This document shows, one piece after another, positions 29,098 to 38,566 of a DNA stretch of 64,000 bases. Source of the stretch: Myxococcota bacterium (GTDB taxonomy: Bacteria > Myxococcota_A > UBA9160 > SZUA-336); the NCBI GenBank assembly GCA_965247115.1, contig CBDFGR010000003.1, positions 2,528,001-2,592,000 of the forward strand. The letters are read 5' to 3'. The notes under the pieces are model-generated. The model had not been told where the DNA came from and searched no databases. It saw only the letters and a program-made list of their open reading frames with translations. A program made the position numbers and the translations under genes. The stretch's first letter is position 1, and every line of letters begins with the position of its first letter.

Positions 29098-29967
29098 CTA
29101 GATCGCACCAATCCGCTGGCCAATCTCCGCGTACTTGTCGAGCCAACGCAGCACCGTGTCCTTGTCTTCCGTCGGGCAACGCGTAACCGAACGTTTCACG
29201 AAGCTGTAGTCGGCGAATTTCCTCAGATCGTCCTCAGATGTCTCAAACTCATCGAAGAGCGAGATGGGAACCGTCTCCGGGTCGCGCCCGGCAGCTCTCA
29301 AGCGGACATGCAAATCAGCAACGTCCGCATTCAGATCATCGTGGAAAGCCGGGAGCGGGATCCAACCATCTGCGTAATCGACCACGCGTTGCCTCCCCCA
29401 TTTCGATGCGAGAGTCCCGAGAAGCAGGGGCGGGTGGGGTTGCTGAAGAGGTTTCGGGTAAGACCACACACGATCGAAATTCACGTAGTCGCCGTGAAAA
29501 GTCGCCTCGGCCTGGGTCCACAATGCCTTCATCGCCTTGATCCGCTCCTCCACTACGCGCCAGCGCGTGTCGTACGCTGTACCGTGATTTTCCATCTCCT
29601 CCCGGTTCCAGCCGGCGCCAATCCCGAACAAAAAGCGCCCGTCCGAGAGTCGATCGACCGTCGCAACGGTTTTGGCGAGCACCAGTGGCTCCCGTTGGCT
29701 TACGAGACAGACTCCGGTAGCGACCTTGATGGTGCTGGTCACGATCGCCGCCGCCACGCAGCTGGCAAACGGATCCGAAATGTGAGCGTATTCTTTCGGT
29801 AGCTCAGCATCCTCATCATAGAAATCGAAGGGAGTCTCCCGGCTAGCCGGAATGTGCGTGTGCTCCGGGAACCACACCGACTCGAAACCACGCTCTTCCG
29901 CAGCGATCGCCAGGTCGTCGGCGCGGATCGAATACTCGGTGTTCAGAGTAAGGATTCCGAGCTTCAT
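29098..29967 (-). CDS. LLM-class F420-dependent oxidoreductase
   Basis: AEERGFESVWFPEHTHIP, DRLSDGRFLFGIGAGWN, PKPLQQPHPP. Confidence 0.9.
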   Translation of the reverse strand: MKLGILTLNTEYSIRADDLAIAAEERGFESVWFPEHTHIPASRETPFDFYDEDAELPKEYAHISDPFASCVAAAIVTSTIKVATGVCLVSQREPLVLAKTVATVDRLSDGRFLFGIGAGWNREEMENHGTAYDTRWRVVEERIKAMKALWTQAEATFHGDYVNFDRVWSYPKPLQQPHPPLLLGTLASKWGRQRVVDYADGWIPLPAFHDDLNADVADLHVRLRAAGRDPETVPISLFDEFETSEDDLRKFADYSFVKRSVTRCPTEDKDTVLRWLDKYAEIGQRIGAI

Positions 29968-30007
29968 TCTCTCTCCGGGGCTACGCGTACGGGAGCGGCA
30001 GCCTGCC

Positions 30008-30460
30008 TCACGCGGCGCGGCGGGCCGCCTGCTGCTGTTCCCACTGCTCCTGTGCCTCGGCCCAGCCGTGGGGTCGCTGTCCGCCGTCCGGAGTCTTCCA
30101 TCCGATCGGGCCGACCATCTGCAGCATGAACACGGTTTCCTCGGGCATCGTCGTGCGATCGTGGATCGCGCCGGCGGCCTCGTAGATGAAGCCGCCGCCC
30201 CGAGCGCTCGTTCCGCCAGCTTCCTTTCCGCCACGGGCCTCGATCTTTCCCTCGAGGATGTAGCCCTCGGCCGGCCCGTGGTGCACGTGCGGGGCGAAGG
30301 TCGAGCCCGCCGGGCAGCGGAACAGCACGGTCCAGGAACCGATCTCCGGGGACACGTGCAGCAGCTTCCACTGCACTCCGCCCGTGTGAAAGTCCTCGCA
30401 GAAATCCTCCCACTCGACATGGTCGGTCTGGACGTACTCGTCGGTGGCTCTCTGTTTCAT
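30008..30460 (-). CDS. ChrR-like cupin (2,4'-dihydroxyacetophenone dioxygenase family)
   Basis: FAPHVHHGPAEGYILEG...YEAAGAIH. Confidence 0.8.
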   Translation of the reverse strand: MKQRATDEYVQTDHVEWEDFCEDFHTGGVQWKLLHVSPEIGSWTVLFRCPAGSTFAPHVHHGPAEGYILEGKIEARGGKEAGGTSARGGGFIYEAAGAIHDRTTMPEETVFMLQMVGPIGWKTPDGGQRPHGWAEAQEQWEQQQAARRAA

Positions 30461-30485
30461 CCTGTTTCTCCTCGTCTGTCTTGTA

Positions 30486-31619
30486 TTAGAGCGTGATGTC
30501 CCGTTGCCAGTACTCATCACCCTCCTGGCTGATCTCCGCGCGGGCCTGCTCGTTCCACACGCCCTCGCCGATGTAGGTTCCCTTGTACGCGTAAGGCACT
30601 TCGTCAGGGTAGCGCTGCCGGCGGGCATCGATCGCGAGTGGAATCATGCGCGTTCGGCGAAGGACGTAGTCCTCGGAGTACGTGATGGACTTGATGTTCC
30701 CTCCTCCGGGGCACCTGAACGCGTGGACATTGGTCGTCTCCGCGCCGATTGCGGAGCTGCGCTTGTGGAAGCCGAGCACCATGGTGACTCTTCGTGTGGG
30801 GGATCGGTTCGGATAGGAGCCATGAAGAGAGCTTCGGTTCACCATGCCGCAGTCTCCCGGAGCCAGCTGCATGGGAACCGCGTCCGGTAGCCGCTCGGCG
30901 ACTGGGGGGAACTTGCCATCGTTGGCGAGCAACCACCGTCGCTGGCTTCCTGGTACCACCCAGAGGCAGTTCTCCGGAGTGCCATGGCTCCAGGACACGG
31001 ACAGGTTGAAGCCGTGTGTCTTGCCCGACCCGTCCGGTTGCTCCAGGCTCTCTCCGCCCTCGGTCCAATGCGTCCTGCCGTCCTGGTGCCAGGGCGTGGG
31101 AGGACCCTCACCCACCCCTTTGTGGAACACGCTCTCGTGGAAGGGGATGAAATCCGGCCCGTTGACGCTCTCGACCATCTTCAGGATCTGCGGATGCCCG
31201 TACACCCGCAGGGCCGAGTCCATGATCATGAGAGGATGCGACACCAGCCCGACGACGGCCGGAGTATCGGTCTCCGTCGAGCGCTCTTCAGAGCCCTCTC
31301 GCCGAAACAATTCGTCCGCTGACATGGAGTAGTAACCGGCGAACCTCACCGGCCGGCCGTGCTTGTCGATCTCGCTGTCCACGGACACCGGCGCGTTGTC
31401 CAGCACCTGATCGAACTCGAATGCCAGCTCTTCGATCTCTTCCTGCGAAAGCACGCCGGTGAAGACGTAGAAGCCAGTGCGGTGGTAAGCGTCGAGAATG
31501 TCCTGCGCGAGGCGGCCATGCTCGTCGAAACGCATCGGTCCGCGGTTGCCGAGCTTCTGGGCGCGCTCGCGGCCAGTCTGGCAGTACTCTTGCCAAGGAG
31601 TTTCGTTCAGGCGCGTCAC
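30486..31619 (-). CDS. Phytanoyl-CoA dioxygenase (PhyH) family protein
   Basis: TPWHQDG, ENCLWVVPGS, LHGSYPNRS..RR. Confidence 0.88.
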   Translation of the reverse strand: MTRLNETPWQEYCQTGRERAQKLGNRGPMRFDEHGRLAQDILDAYHRTGFYVFTGVLSQEEIEELAFEFDQVLDNAPVSVDSEIDKHGRPVRFAGYYSMSADELFRREGSEERSTETDTPAVVGLVSHPLMIMDSALRVYGHPQILKMVESVNGPDFIPFHESVFHKGVGEGPPTPWHQDGRTHWTEGGESLEQPDGSGKTHGFNLSVSWSHGTPENCLWVVPGSQRRWLLANDGKFPPVAERLPDAVPMQLAPGDCGMVNRSSLHGSYPNRSPTRRVTMVLGFHKRSSAIGAETTNVHAFRCPGGGNIKSITYSEDYVLRRTRMIPLAIDARRQRYPDEVPYAYKGTYIGEGVWNEQARAEISQEGDEYWQRDITL

Positions 31620-31666
31620 GTTGGCCCCTCCCAAGTCCGACGAGAGTACCACGTCCGGGCGGCTGG

Positions 31667-32863
31667 CTACTTGTCCAGCAGCGCCTCGTAGCGGTGGTCG
31701 GTGAGGGTCTTAAGGAACGCGAGTACTGCACTCTCCAGTGTTTCGTCGGCGAGGGGTTGTCCCCTTCCCAGCAAGTCCAGATCCAGGTTCTCTTTGACCT
31801 CTGGTTCAGCCCAGGGCTGACCGGTTTCCGGATTTACGCGGATCTTTTCGTTTACCACCAAGTACTTGGTGTAGAAGCGGATCACCGTACGAAGGTCCTG
31901 GAATACACCGTTGTGCATGTACGGGCCCGTCACGGCGACGTTCCGCAAGGTCGGCACCCTGAACTTGCCTGCGTAGCTCGAATCCTGAATCGCGGGATGT
32001 TCCAGAAGACCTACATCCCGGTGCCCCGTACCCATACCATTCCTTTTTCGCACGGCCTCGTTGGCCGGGACCCCGATGTTGTAGTAGCGGTAGTCGGTAA
32101 AGGTTTCACCGGCAGGATAGCTCGATGTATTCAGCTGGTGGCAGTTGGTGCAATTGATCATACCCGACACAAAGAACAGCCGGCCCAGCTCTTCTTCTTT
32201 TGTCAACGCATACTCACCCCGCAGATAGCGGTCATAACGGGAATCGAACGGCGCGAACTCCTCTGTTTTTTCAAATGCCTCGATACTCCGTGCGACCGCG
32301 CGGTAAGCACGTTCCGTATCGTCGAAAACAGACTGCCCAAACAGGCTCCGAAATGAGGCGATGTAGCCAGGATTTTCCATGACCCGCGCGACGACGCTCG
32401 CCGTGTCAGCCATTCCCATCTCGATGGGATTCACAAAAGGCTCCGCGGCCTGCGCCGCCAGGGTGGCTGCGCGGCCGTCATGGAACTGACCACCCAAATA
32501 GATCCCTTCTTCGGCTTCTTCAAATTCGGGCGTTAGAACCGCATAGGTCAGGGTCGAGGCATTCCTGTCTCCTAGCGAACGGCCGTCATCACCCAGGGAA
32601 ACCGCTGCGGCAACGCCATTGTCTCGACCATCGGTGAAGGCCAGCGCAGGGTCGTGACATGAAGCGCAGGACTGAGTGCGGTTATGAGACAGGCTGGTGT
32701 CGAAAAAGAGCTGTCGTCCGAGTACCGCAAGCTCGCTTCGGTCCGGCGACGGCAAAATCGCTTCCGTCCCGCCGGCAGCCTGACTAACAGACCGGGCGCA
32801 CAGCAGCACCACGACAATCCCCTCGGCAATCACCAGAAACCGCAGTGTTGACCGAAACGTCAT
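31667..32863 (-). CDS. Di-heme cytochrome-c peroxidase / MauG family
   Basis: LGRQLFFD..CASCH, QFHDGRA, CTNCH, FRVPTLRNVAVTGPYMHNG; visibly lower GC than flanks. Confidence 0.92.
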   Translation of the reverse strand: MTFRSTLRFLVIAEGIVVVLLCARSVSQAAGGTEAILPSPDRSELAVLGRQLFFDTSLSHNRTQSCASCHDPALAFTDGRDNGVAAAVSLGDDGRSLGDRNASTLTYAVLTPEFEEAEEGIYLGGQFHDGRAATLAAQAAEPFVNPIEMGMADTASVVARVMENPGYIASFRSLFGQSVFDDTERAYRAVARSIEAFEKTEEFAPFDSRYDRYLRGEYALTKEEELGRLFFVSGMINCTNCHQLNTSSYPAGETFTDYRYYNIGVPANEAVRKRNGMGTGHRDVGLLEHPAIQDSSYAGKFRVPTLRNVAVTGPYMHNGVFQDLRTVIRFYTKYLVVNEKIRVNPETGQPWAEPEVKENLDLDLLGRGQPLADETLESAVLAFLKTLTDHRYEALLDK

Positions 32864-32883
32864 AGACCGCTGACTTGCTCCCG

Positions 32884-33342
32884 CTAACGCGGATCCAGCC
32901 GGAAGAGTATGTAGTCTTTGAGGAAATCGGGCCCCCACTCCACGCCTCCCCCGGCGATGACGCCGCGATACTTCTGGAGGTATGCTTCCCCGACTCGGGT
33001 TTTCGTCGCCAGGTCGGCGATGCGCGTGGCGCGGAGCACGAAGACATCGTCGCGGACCCGGAGATGCACGTCGGGCGCACTGGCGATATTGCGGACCCAG
33101 CCGGAGTCCTCTTCACCGCTGACCCAGAGCACGTCCGCCGCTTTCACGGCCCAGAGGTTCACCACCCGCGGCACGAGGCTAACCGTGCGCAGCTGAACCT
33201 CGTCCGGGATCTCGACCTCGTTCCAGGATGAGGGGGAGGCGACTTCCGTGCCACCCAGTCGAACGCCAGGCATTTGCCCGATCGGGCCGCACGCAGAGAG
33301 GACGAAGACAAGGGTCGTCGAGACGAGCGTCATGTACTTCAC
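32884..33342 (-). CDS. DUF2255 / split-barrel-like lipoprotein (paralog of 20375-20812)
   Basis: LSAC lipobox, GQMPGVRLGG, PRVVNLW, PDVHLRV, LFRLDPR. Confidence 0.7.
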   Translation of the reverse strand: MKYMTLVSTTLVFVLSACGPIGQMPGVRLGGTEVASPSSWNEVEIPDEVQLRTVSLVPRVVNLWAVKAADVLWVSGEEDSGWVRNIASAPDVHLRVRDDVFVLRATRIADLATKTRVGEAYLQKYRGVIAGGGVEWGPDFLKDYILFRLDPR

Positions 33343-33558
33343 GTCGGAAGCCTACCGCATCACTCGGCTCATCTTGGCCGCCAGAGTGGCAGCGGACCGC
33401 CATAGGGTCAAGCACAGCCGTGATCGCGGAGGAAGCCGCCGTCACACATCCGGTCGGTGAGGTGGTGCATGAGCCAGGACGCGCGCTCGGGCCCGTAGTC
33501 GGCCTCGGTCTCGTAGACTGTGCGCATTCAAGCCAATCACTCGGACAAGGGGTGCTAT

Positions 33559-34407
33559 ATGGGACTCACGGATGAAGTAGCCATCGTCACGGGATCCACC
33601 AGAGGAATCGGCGCAGCGATTGCTGAAAAACTCGGGAGGGAAGGCGCGAAGGTCACGGTCACCGGTCGAAGTGAGGACTACGGGAACGCAGTCCTGTCGA
33701 CGATCCGCGACAACGGTGGCGACGCGATCTTCGTGCGGACCGATGTCACCCACGAGGAGGAGATCCGGGCAGCCATCGCTGCCACTGTCGCGACGTTCGG
33801 GAGACTTACCGTCCTGGTAAACAACGCCGCACCGACCGAGCTTACGGTTGGCCCCGAGGCCATCGATGGACGGGTCGAGCATCTCACGAATCAAGGCTGG
33901 GATATCCTTTTTACGGCTTGCCTCAAGAGTGCCTTTTGGGGCTGCAAGCACGCGATTCCGGAGATTGCCAAGGCCGGGGGCGGCTCGATCGTGAACATCG
34001 GGTCCACGGCCGCCATTCGGGGTGTAGACGGGCAGGGGATCTACTCGGCAGCCAAGGCCGCGATGCACGCGCTCACGCGGTCCGTAGCGGTTGAGAACGC
34101 GGATTCCTATATCCGCTGCAATTGCATCTTGCCGGGGTGGGTGCCGAACCTGGAACGGGGTGACTCCCGAGTGGACCGTGGCGCACTGGTACAAGATCCC
34201 GAGTTCGGCGCCGCCATGCGGTCGTTCCAACCGTGGCCCCGCTGGGGATACCCCGACGACGTTGCGAACGTCGTCGCCTTCTTCGCTTCGAGAGAAGCAG
34301 AATTCGTGACCGGCACCGTCTTGCCCGTTGACGGCGGCGCCATGTGCAGGATGCCCATTCCAAAGATGACCAGGGAGTACTTCGACGAGCTCGAGGACCC
34401 GGCATGA
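33559..34407 (+). CDS. SDR family oxidoreductase
   Basis: TGSTRGIG, VNNA, YSAAK. Confidence 0.92.
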   Translation: MGLTDEVAIVTGSTRGIGAAIAEKLGREGAKVTVTGRSEDYGNAVLSTIRDNGGDAIFVRTDVTHEEEIRAAIAATVATFGRLTVLVNNAAPTELTVGPEAIDGRVEHLTNQGWDILFTACLKSAFWGCKHAIPEIAKAGGGSIVNIGSTAAIRGVDGQGIYSAAKAAMHALTRSVAVENADSYIRCNCILPGWVPNLERGDSRVDRGALVQDPEFGAAMRSFQPWPRWGYPDDVANVVAFFASREAEFVTGTVLPVDGGAMCRMPIPKMTREYFDELEDPA

Positions 34408-34510
34408 GGTGTCGACGACGGGTCGCTCGGCGCGTGCAGACGAAGACCGCCGTCTCTTCGAGCGCATGTCGTGCTAGCTTCGGCGCGGCGCGAAGTCGGA
34501 CACGCGCTCC

Positions 34511-36061
34511 CTAACCCTGGTCCGCGAAGAGTTGCTCCAGATGTTCGGCGGTGAGCGGTTGGGTGAGCTTGGAGACCGACCAGGTGACCGCGACCGAGAC
34601 GATTTCGCCCATCGAGGCGCAGGACCACGGGTTCGGCGCTTCCGCCGCAAGCCAGGCCGCGACCGACTGCAAAGTACCGGGCCCGAACTGCTCGGGCTGA
34701 ATCAGGCCGGCGTGTGTGATGCCGAAGATGGCCGCACCGCTCACCAGGCCCCAGAGAGCGCCCGTGCGGGTGACACCGGACCAGAGCGCGCCCAGCACCA
34801 GGGGGCCGGCGAAGGCCGCCATCAGGCCGCCGTTCCCGATCCAGACGAGCAGGGCGATGTTTGTGTCCTGCAGGGCCCAGGCCAGAGCCGTGCAGAGCAG
34901 CATCACCACAACCGTGCTCACGCGGCTGAGCAGGAGCACGTGTCGGTCGACGACCGCATCCGCAAGGTTCTTGCGGAACCGCGGGACAATGGTACAGCGG
35001 TAGAGATCGTTCGCGATGATTTGCGAGGAGCTCACAACCAGCCCGTCGGCGGTCGACATGACCGCCGCCAGGATGCCCACGCCAATCAGTGCCGCAAACC
35101 AGCCCGGGAAGAGCTCGATGAACAGGGCGGGCAGGGCGAGGTTGCCGTTCGAAAGCTCCGGTCCCAGCACGCCGCGCGCCAGGATGCCGCCGACGCCCAG
35201 ACCCGCGATCATGAAACCCAGCAGCGAGGCAAAGATCACGAAGCGAATGCGATCGCGATCGTTCTGGAGAGCCCAAATCTTGTTGCCCAGATGCGGGAGC
35301 AGACCCAGTGGCAGGTGCGAGAGGACGATCGCGAGAATCGCCCACCACGAGTGGTAGAGCACGTACGTCGGATTGATCACGCGGACCAGATTCGGGTCCT
35401 GCTCCTTCAGGTTTTGCACCAGGCCGGGAAATCCGCCGTCCACGCCGTAGGCCACCGCGAAGAGCGCGATGGTGCCGATCGCCAGCACGACCATCACGGC
35501 GCCCTGAATCCCGTCGGTCAGGATGTCGGCGTGGGCGCCGCCGAGCACCACGTAGATCAGCAACACACCTCCGGTGATCAGCAACGCCCAGGCGGAGCTC
35601 AGGCCCAGCATCATCTCGAACATCACCAGGCCCGCGACCAGCTGGCCCGCCAGGTAGAAGAGCAGCAACAGCGAGAAGATCGACACCAGGATGCGGATCA
35701 GGTCGGAGTTGTAGCGCTCGCCGAGATATTCGGGGATCGAACGGCTGCCGTAGACGTGCCCGGCCCGGCGCACCAGCCGAATACAGATCAGGACACCCAG
35801 GTAGACACCGACCGGGTACAGCACGCTCGACCAGATCGCGGAGAGGCCGGCGGTGTAGGAGATGCCGGGGAGGCCCAGGAAGGTCGCCCCGCTCGCGACT
35901 GTCGCCGCGAACGCGAATGCCAGGAACAGCGGCCCGTAGCTGGAGCGAGCCGTCGCGAAATCGTCAGCGGTGCTGACGCGCCGCTGGCCCACGACGCCGA
36001 TTCCGACCATCAGGGAGATGTAGAGCAACAGAAAGGTCCAAGACCACCCGACGAGGTCCAC
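34511..36061 (-). CDS. Sodium:solute symporter family protein
   Basis: ASGATFLGLPG, TDGIQG, AAVMSTADG; many TMs. Confidence 0.92.
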   Translation of the reverse strand: MDLVGWSWTFLLLYISLMVGIGVVGQRRVSTADDFATARSSYGPLFLAFAFAATVASGATFLGLPGISYTAGLSAIWSSVLYPVGVYLGVLICIRLVRRAGHVYGSRSIPEYLGERYNSDLIRILVSIFSLLLLFYLAGQLVAGLVMFEMMLGLSSAWALLITGGVLLIYVVLGGAHADILTDGIQGAVMVVLAIGTIALFAVAYGVDGGFPGLVQNLKEQDPNLVRVINPTYVLYHSWWAILAIVLSHLPLGLLPHLGNKIWALQNDRDRIRFVIFASLLGFMIAGLGVGGILARGVLGPELSNGNLALPALFIELFPGWFAALIGVGILAAVMSTADGLVVSSSQIIANDLYRCTIVPRFRKNLADAVVDRHVLLLSRVSTVVVMLLCTALAWALQDTNIALLVWIGNGGLMAAFAGPLVLGALWSGVTRTGALWGLVSGAAIFGITHAGLIQPEQFGPGTLQSVAAWLAAEAPNPWSCASMGEIVSVAVTWSVSKLTQPLTAEHLEQLFADQG

Positions 36062-36453
36062 GCTTCCCCCTAGAGTCCGGTGAGCGCGCTATTCTATAAC
36101 AAACCGGGCGTTCCAGATGGGGGCCTCCTACGCCAATCTGCTTTCCCATCCGAACACGCCTGTCGTCCCCATCTAGGCACTTGGGACAGTACGGACCGCT
36201 CGATCAGGCTCAAGTCAACAGACGTTGTGATCCAGCGCCATGGCGCGCCCGGAGGTTCGTATTCTCCTCACGAAGGCGCGTGTTCTCGTCTGCGTGCTCT
36301 GCACCTGCCAGCGCGTCCTTGAAGTTTCAGAGGACCTTTGCTGTGTGCTTGATCGCATCGAGCCCACTCATCTCGTTTTGCCTTTCGCACACTCCTCGCA
36401 CACCCAACAGATGCTGGGGAGGAGAGGCGGCGCACCTAAGTGGTCGTAGTGCT

Positions 36454-36498
36454 TGGTGAGCGCGGCCGGGATCGAACCGGCGACCGGCGGATTAAGAG
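36454..36498 (-). tRNA. 3' half of tRNA-Lys(CTT); integration att site, not a functional tRNA
   Basis: Minus strand CTCTTAA-TCCGCC-GGTC-GCCGG-TTCGATC-CCGGC-CGCGCTC-ACCA: anticodon loop, T-arm and CCA end. The 5' half is absent. Confidence 0.88.
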
Positions 36499-36579
36499 CG
36501 TGATCGATACTCCCGAGAGGGGCTCTACGCGGCGCTTAGAGCGTGACGATGGGGAATCAGGGTCCCCCAGAGACCCCCG

Positions 36580-36603
36580 AACGTCCACTTTAACGTCCAC
36601 TTT
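36580..36603 (+). repeat. Tandem 12-bp direct repeat AACGTCCACTTT x2, putative integrase arm-type sites
   Basis: Perfect duplication about 80 bp inside the att fragment. Confidence 0.65.
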
Positions 36604-36756
36604 GGACGACAACGATGAGCAGCCAGCAGAGTCAGAGCCCGAGGGTCCATCGGAGGAGTGATGGCCCGCTGCTACGCCCAGGATACTCAGCGCGGTCTCC
36701 CGATGGGTAAAAAGGAACTGATGACTGATTTAACAGAAGCAAGTTCAGGAGACTGA

Positions 36757-37749
36757 GTGCTGGTCCGTGGCGACGCTCGAGCGATTCCTCTGGCCGACCA
36801 GGTGGCCGACTGCGTCGTGACCAGCCCTCCGTACTGGGGCCTGCGGACCTACGAGCTCGACGGCCAGATCGGCCTCGAGGAGACGCCCGCTGAGTACCTC
36901 GAGGAGCTCCTGGCCGTGTTCCGGGAGGTACACCGCGTCCTGAAGCCAGAGGGGACGCTCTGGCTCAACCTGGGCGACTGCTACGTCTCTGCCCCGAGCA
37001 GTGGCCACGGCTGGGACAAGAGCACGCTGACGCAGCCGAAGAGCCGCGAGCGCAAGATCCAGCACGCGCAGAGGGACTCGCGGCTCGAGGGCCGGAAGCT
37101 CGAGGGCCTCAAGCCAAAGGACATGGTCGGGATGCCCTGGACGGTCGCGCTCGCGCTGCGCAACGAGGGTTGGTATCTGCGGCGGGACATCATCTGGCAC
37201 AAGCTATCGCCAATGCCCGAGGCAGTGAAAGATCGTCCAACGTCTGCGCACGAGTACCTGTTCCTGCTGGCCAAGTCTCGCCGCTACTACTACGACGCAG
37301 AGGCGATCAAAGAGCCAGCCGTCACCGCCGGCCGTGTGTCTCCCCGCCGGGTCAACCCAAAGGCCAAGGTTCCAGCTGGTTGGGACACGCGACCAGGTTC
37401 CCACCGTCACCTCACAGGGCGCTATCCGGCCCCAAAGCAGAACGCCGGAACTGCCGCGCGCATCGCCAACTCTGTCGAGACTCGAAGTGCGCGCACTGTC
37501 TGGAGCCTGGCCACAGAGCCCTACCACGGCGCGCACATGGCCGTCTTCCCCACCGAGCTCGCGAAGCGCTGCATCCTCGCGGGCTGTCCGGCCGGCGGGC
37601 TTGTGTTCGATCCATTCGTCGGATCGGGGACGACTGTGAAGGTCGCGATCGAGCTCGGCCGCCGAGGCCTCGGGATGGACCTCAAGCACGACTACCTGCA
37701 CGACCAGGCGCGGGAGCGGATCAAGACAACGGTGGGGATGGGGTGGTGA
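36757..37749 (+). CDS. Phage site-specific DNA methyltransferase (N4/N6, beta class)
   Basis: VTSPPYW catalytic motif precedes DPFVGSGTT SAM-binding motif; LKPKDMVGMPW insert. Confidence 0.93.
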   Translation: MLVRGDARAIPLADQVADCVVTSPPYWGLRTYELDGQIGLEETPAEYLEELLAVFREVHRVLKPEGTLWLNLGDCYVSAPSSGHGWDKSTLTQPKSRERKIQHAQRDSRLEGRKLEGLKPKDMVGMPWTVALALRNEGWYLRRDIIWHKLSPMPEAVKDRPTSAHEYLFLLAKSRRYYYDAEAIKEPAVTAGRVSPRRVNPKAKVPAGWDTRPGSHRHLTGRYPAPKQNAGTAARIANSVETRSARTVWSLATEPYHGAHMAVFPTELAKRCILAGCPAGGLVFDPFVGSGTTVKVAIELGRRGLGMDLKHDYLHDQARERIKTTVGMGW

Positions 37750-37783
37750 CGGTCATCCATCCCGGCGTTCCTGAGGAGGGAAA

Positions 37784-38107
37784 GTGAAGCGAACCTTGCT
37801 CGCCCTCGTGCTCGTCGCGTGCGGTCCGGATCTGCCAGAGCTTCCGGAGCCAGCACCCAAGAAGTTTGAGCTTACCAACGAGCGAAAGTGCGTCGCGATC
37901 CAGATGTGCGGGCGCCTCTGTGAGAAACGTAAGGGCATGGAGATGCTGGAGTTCCGTGGTGACATCGGCATCTCCTGGGCGTGTCACTGCAACGGCTACG
38001 GGCTGTTCCACTTCAAGGACCCCGAGCACATCATCTTTCCCGATGGCCTGACTGTCGCTGACTGTGCGCCGACGGGTGTCCACAGCGTGGGTCAGGAGGA
38101 GAAGTGA
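37784..38107 (+). CDS. Small Cys-rich phage lipoprotein
   Basis: MKRTLLALVLVAC lipobox, six further Cys, GAGGAGG RBS. Confidence 0.75.
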   Translation: MKRTLLALVLVACGPDLPELPEPAPKKFELTNERKCVAIQMCGRLCEKRKGMEMLEFRGDIGISWACHCNGYGLFHFKDPEHIIFPDGLTVADCAPTGVHSVGQEEK

Positions 38108-38187
38108 TGACAGATCAGGAGCCCACACCGGAAGAGGCGCAATTGCAGACGGGCAGCCAACCCGTCGCAGGTGAGAGCGATGGCTGA
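38107..38187 (+). CDS. 26-aa mini-ORF between two junction sites
   Basis: AGGAGG RBS, TGATG overlap, MTDQEPTPEEAQLQTGSQPVAGESDG; its stop overlaps the start region of the next gene. Confidence 0.45.
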   Translation: MTDQEPTPEEAQLQTGSQPVAGESDG

Positions 38188-38566
38188 GCCGCTGGATCTG
38201 GACGAGCTGGCAAAGGCTTACCGCTACTTCTGCCCCAAATGTGATTGCTATCACTGGAGCGGATGCGTCACCGACGAGATTATGGACAACCTTGTAGCCG
38301 AGTTGCAGAAGACGAGGCAGCTACTCCGCGCCGCCGCGGATCGACACTTGACCAACCAGCTCGCCGAGGCCCGCGAGGACACGGAGAGGCTGGACTGGCT
38401 GGAGCATGAGCACAGCTACGTCGGTGGCAATTATGGCGAACCTGCCTGGTCCTGCTGTCGTGACGAGCTTGGCAATCGTCAGCTTTTCCACGGTAGCAAC
38501 GCCCGCGAAGCCATCGACGCAGCAATGCAGGCGGGCATCCATCCCGTCGGTACGGAGGGAGATTGA
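38180..38566 (+). CDS. Phage hypothetical protein
   Basis: CPKC..C motif; EDTERLDWLE and AREAIDAAM segments of the kind common in small phage proteins. Confidence 0.75.
   Translation: MAEPLDLDELAKAYRYFCPKCDCYHWSGCVTDEIMDNLVAELQKTRQLLRAAADRHLTNQLAEAREDTERLDWLEHEHSYVGGNYGEPAWSCCRDELGNRQLFHGSNAREAIDAAMQAGIHPVGTEGD

Noticed and set aside
36454..36530. Complete tRNA-Lys gene
   Set aside because: No 5' anticodon stem, D-arm or acceptor strand beyond 36498.
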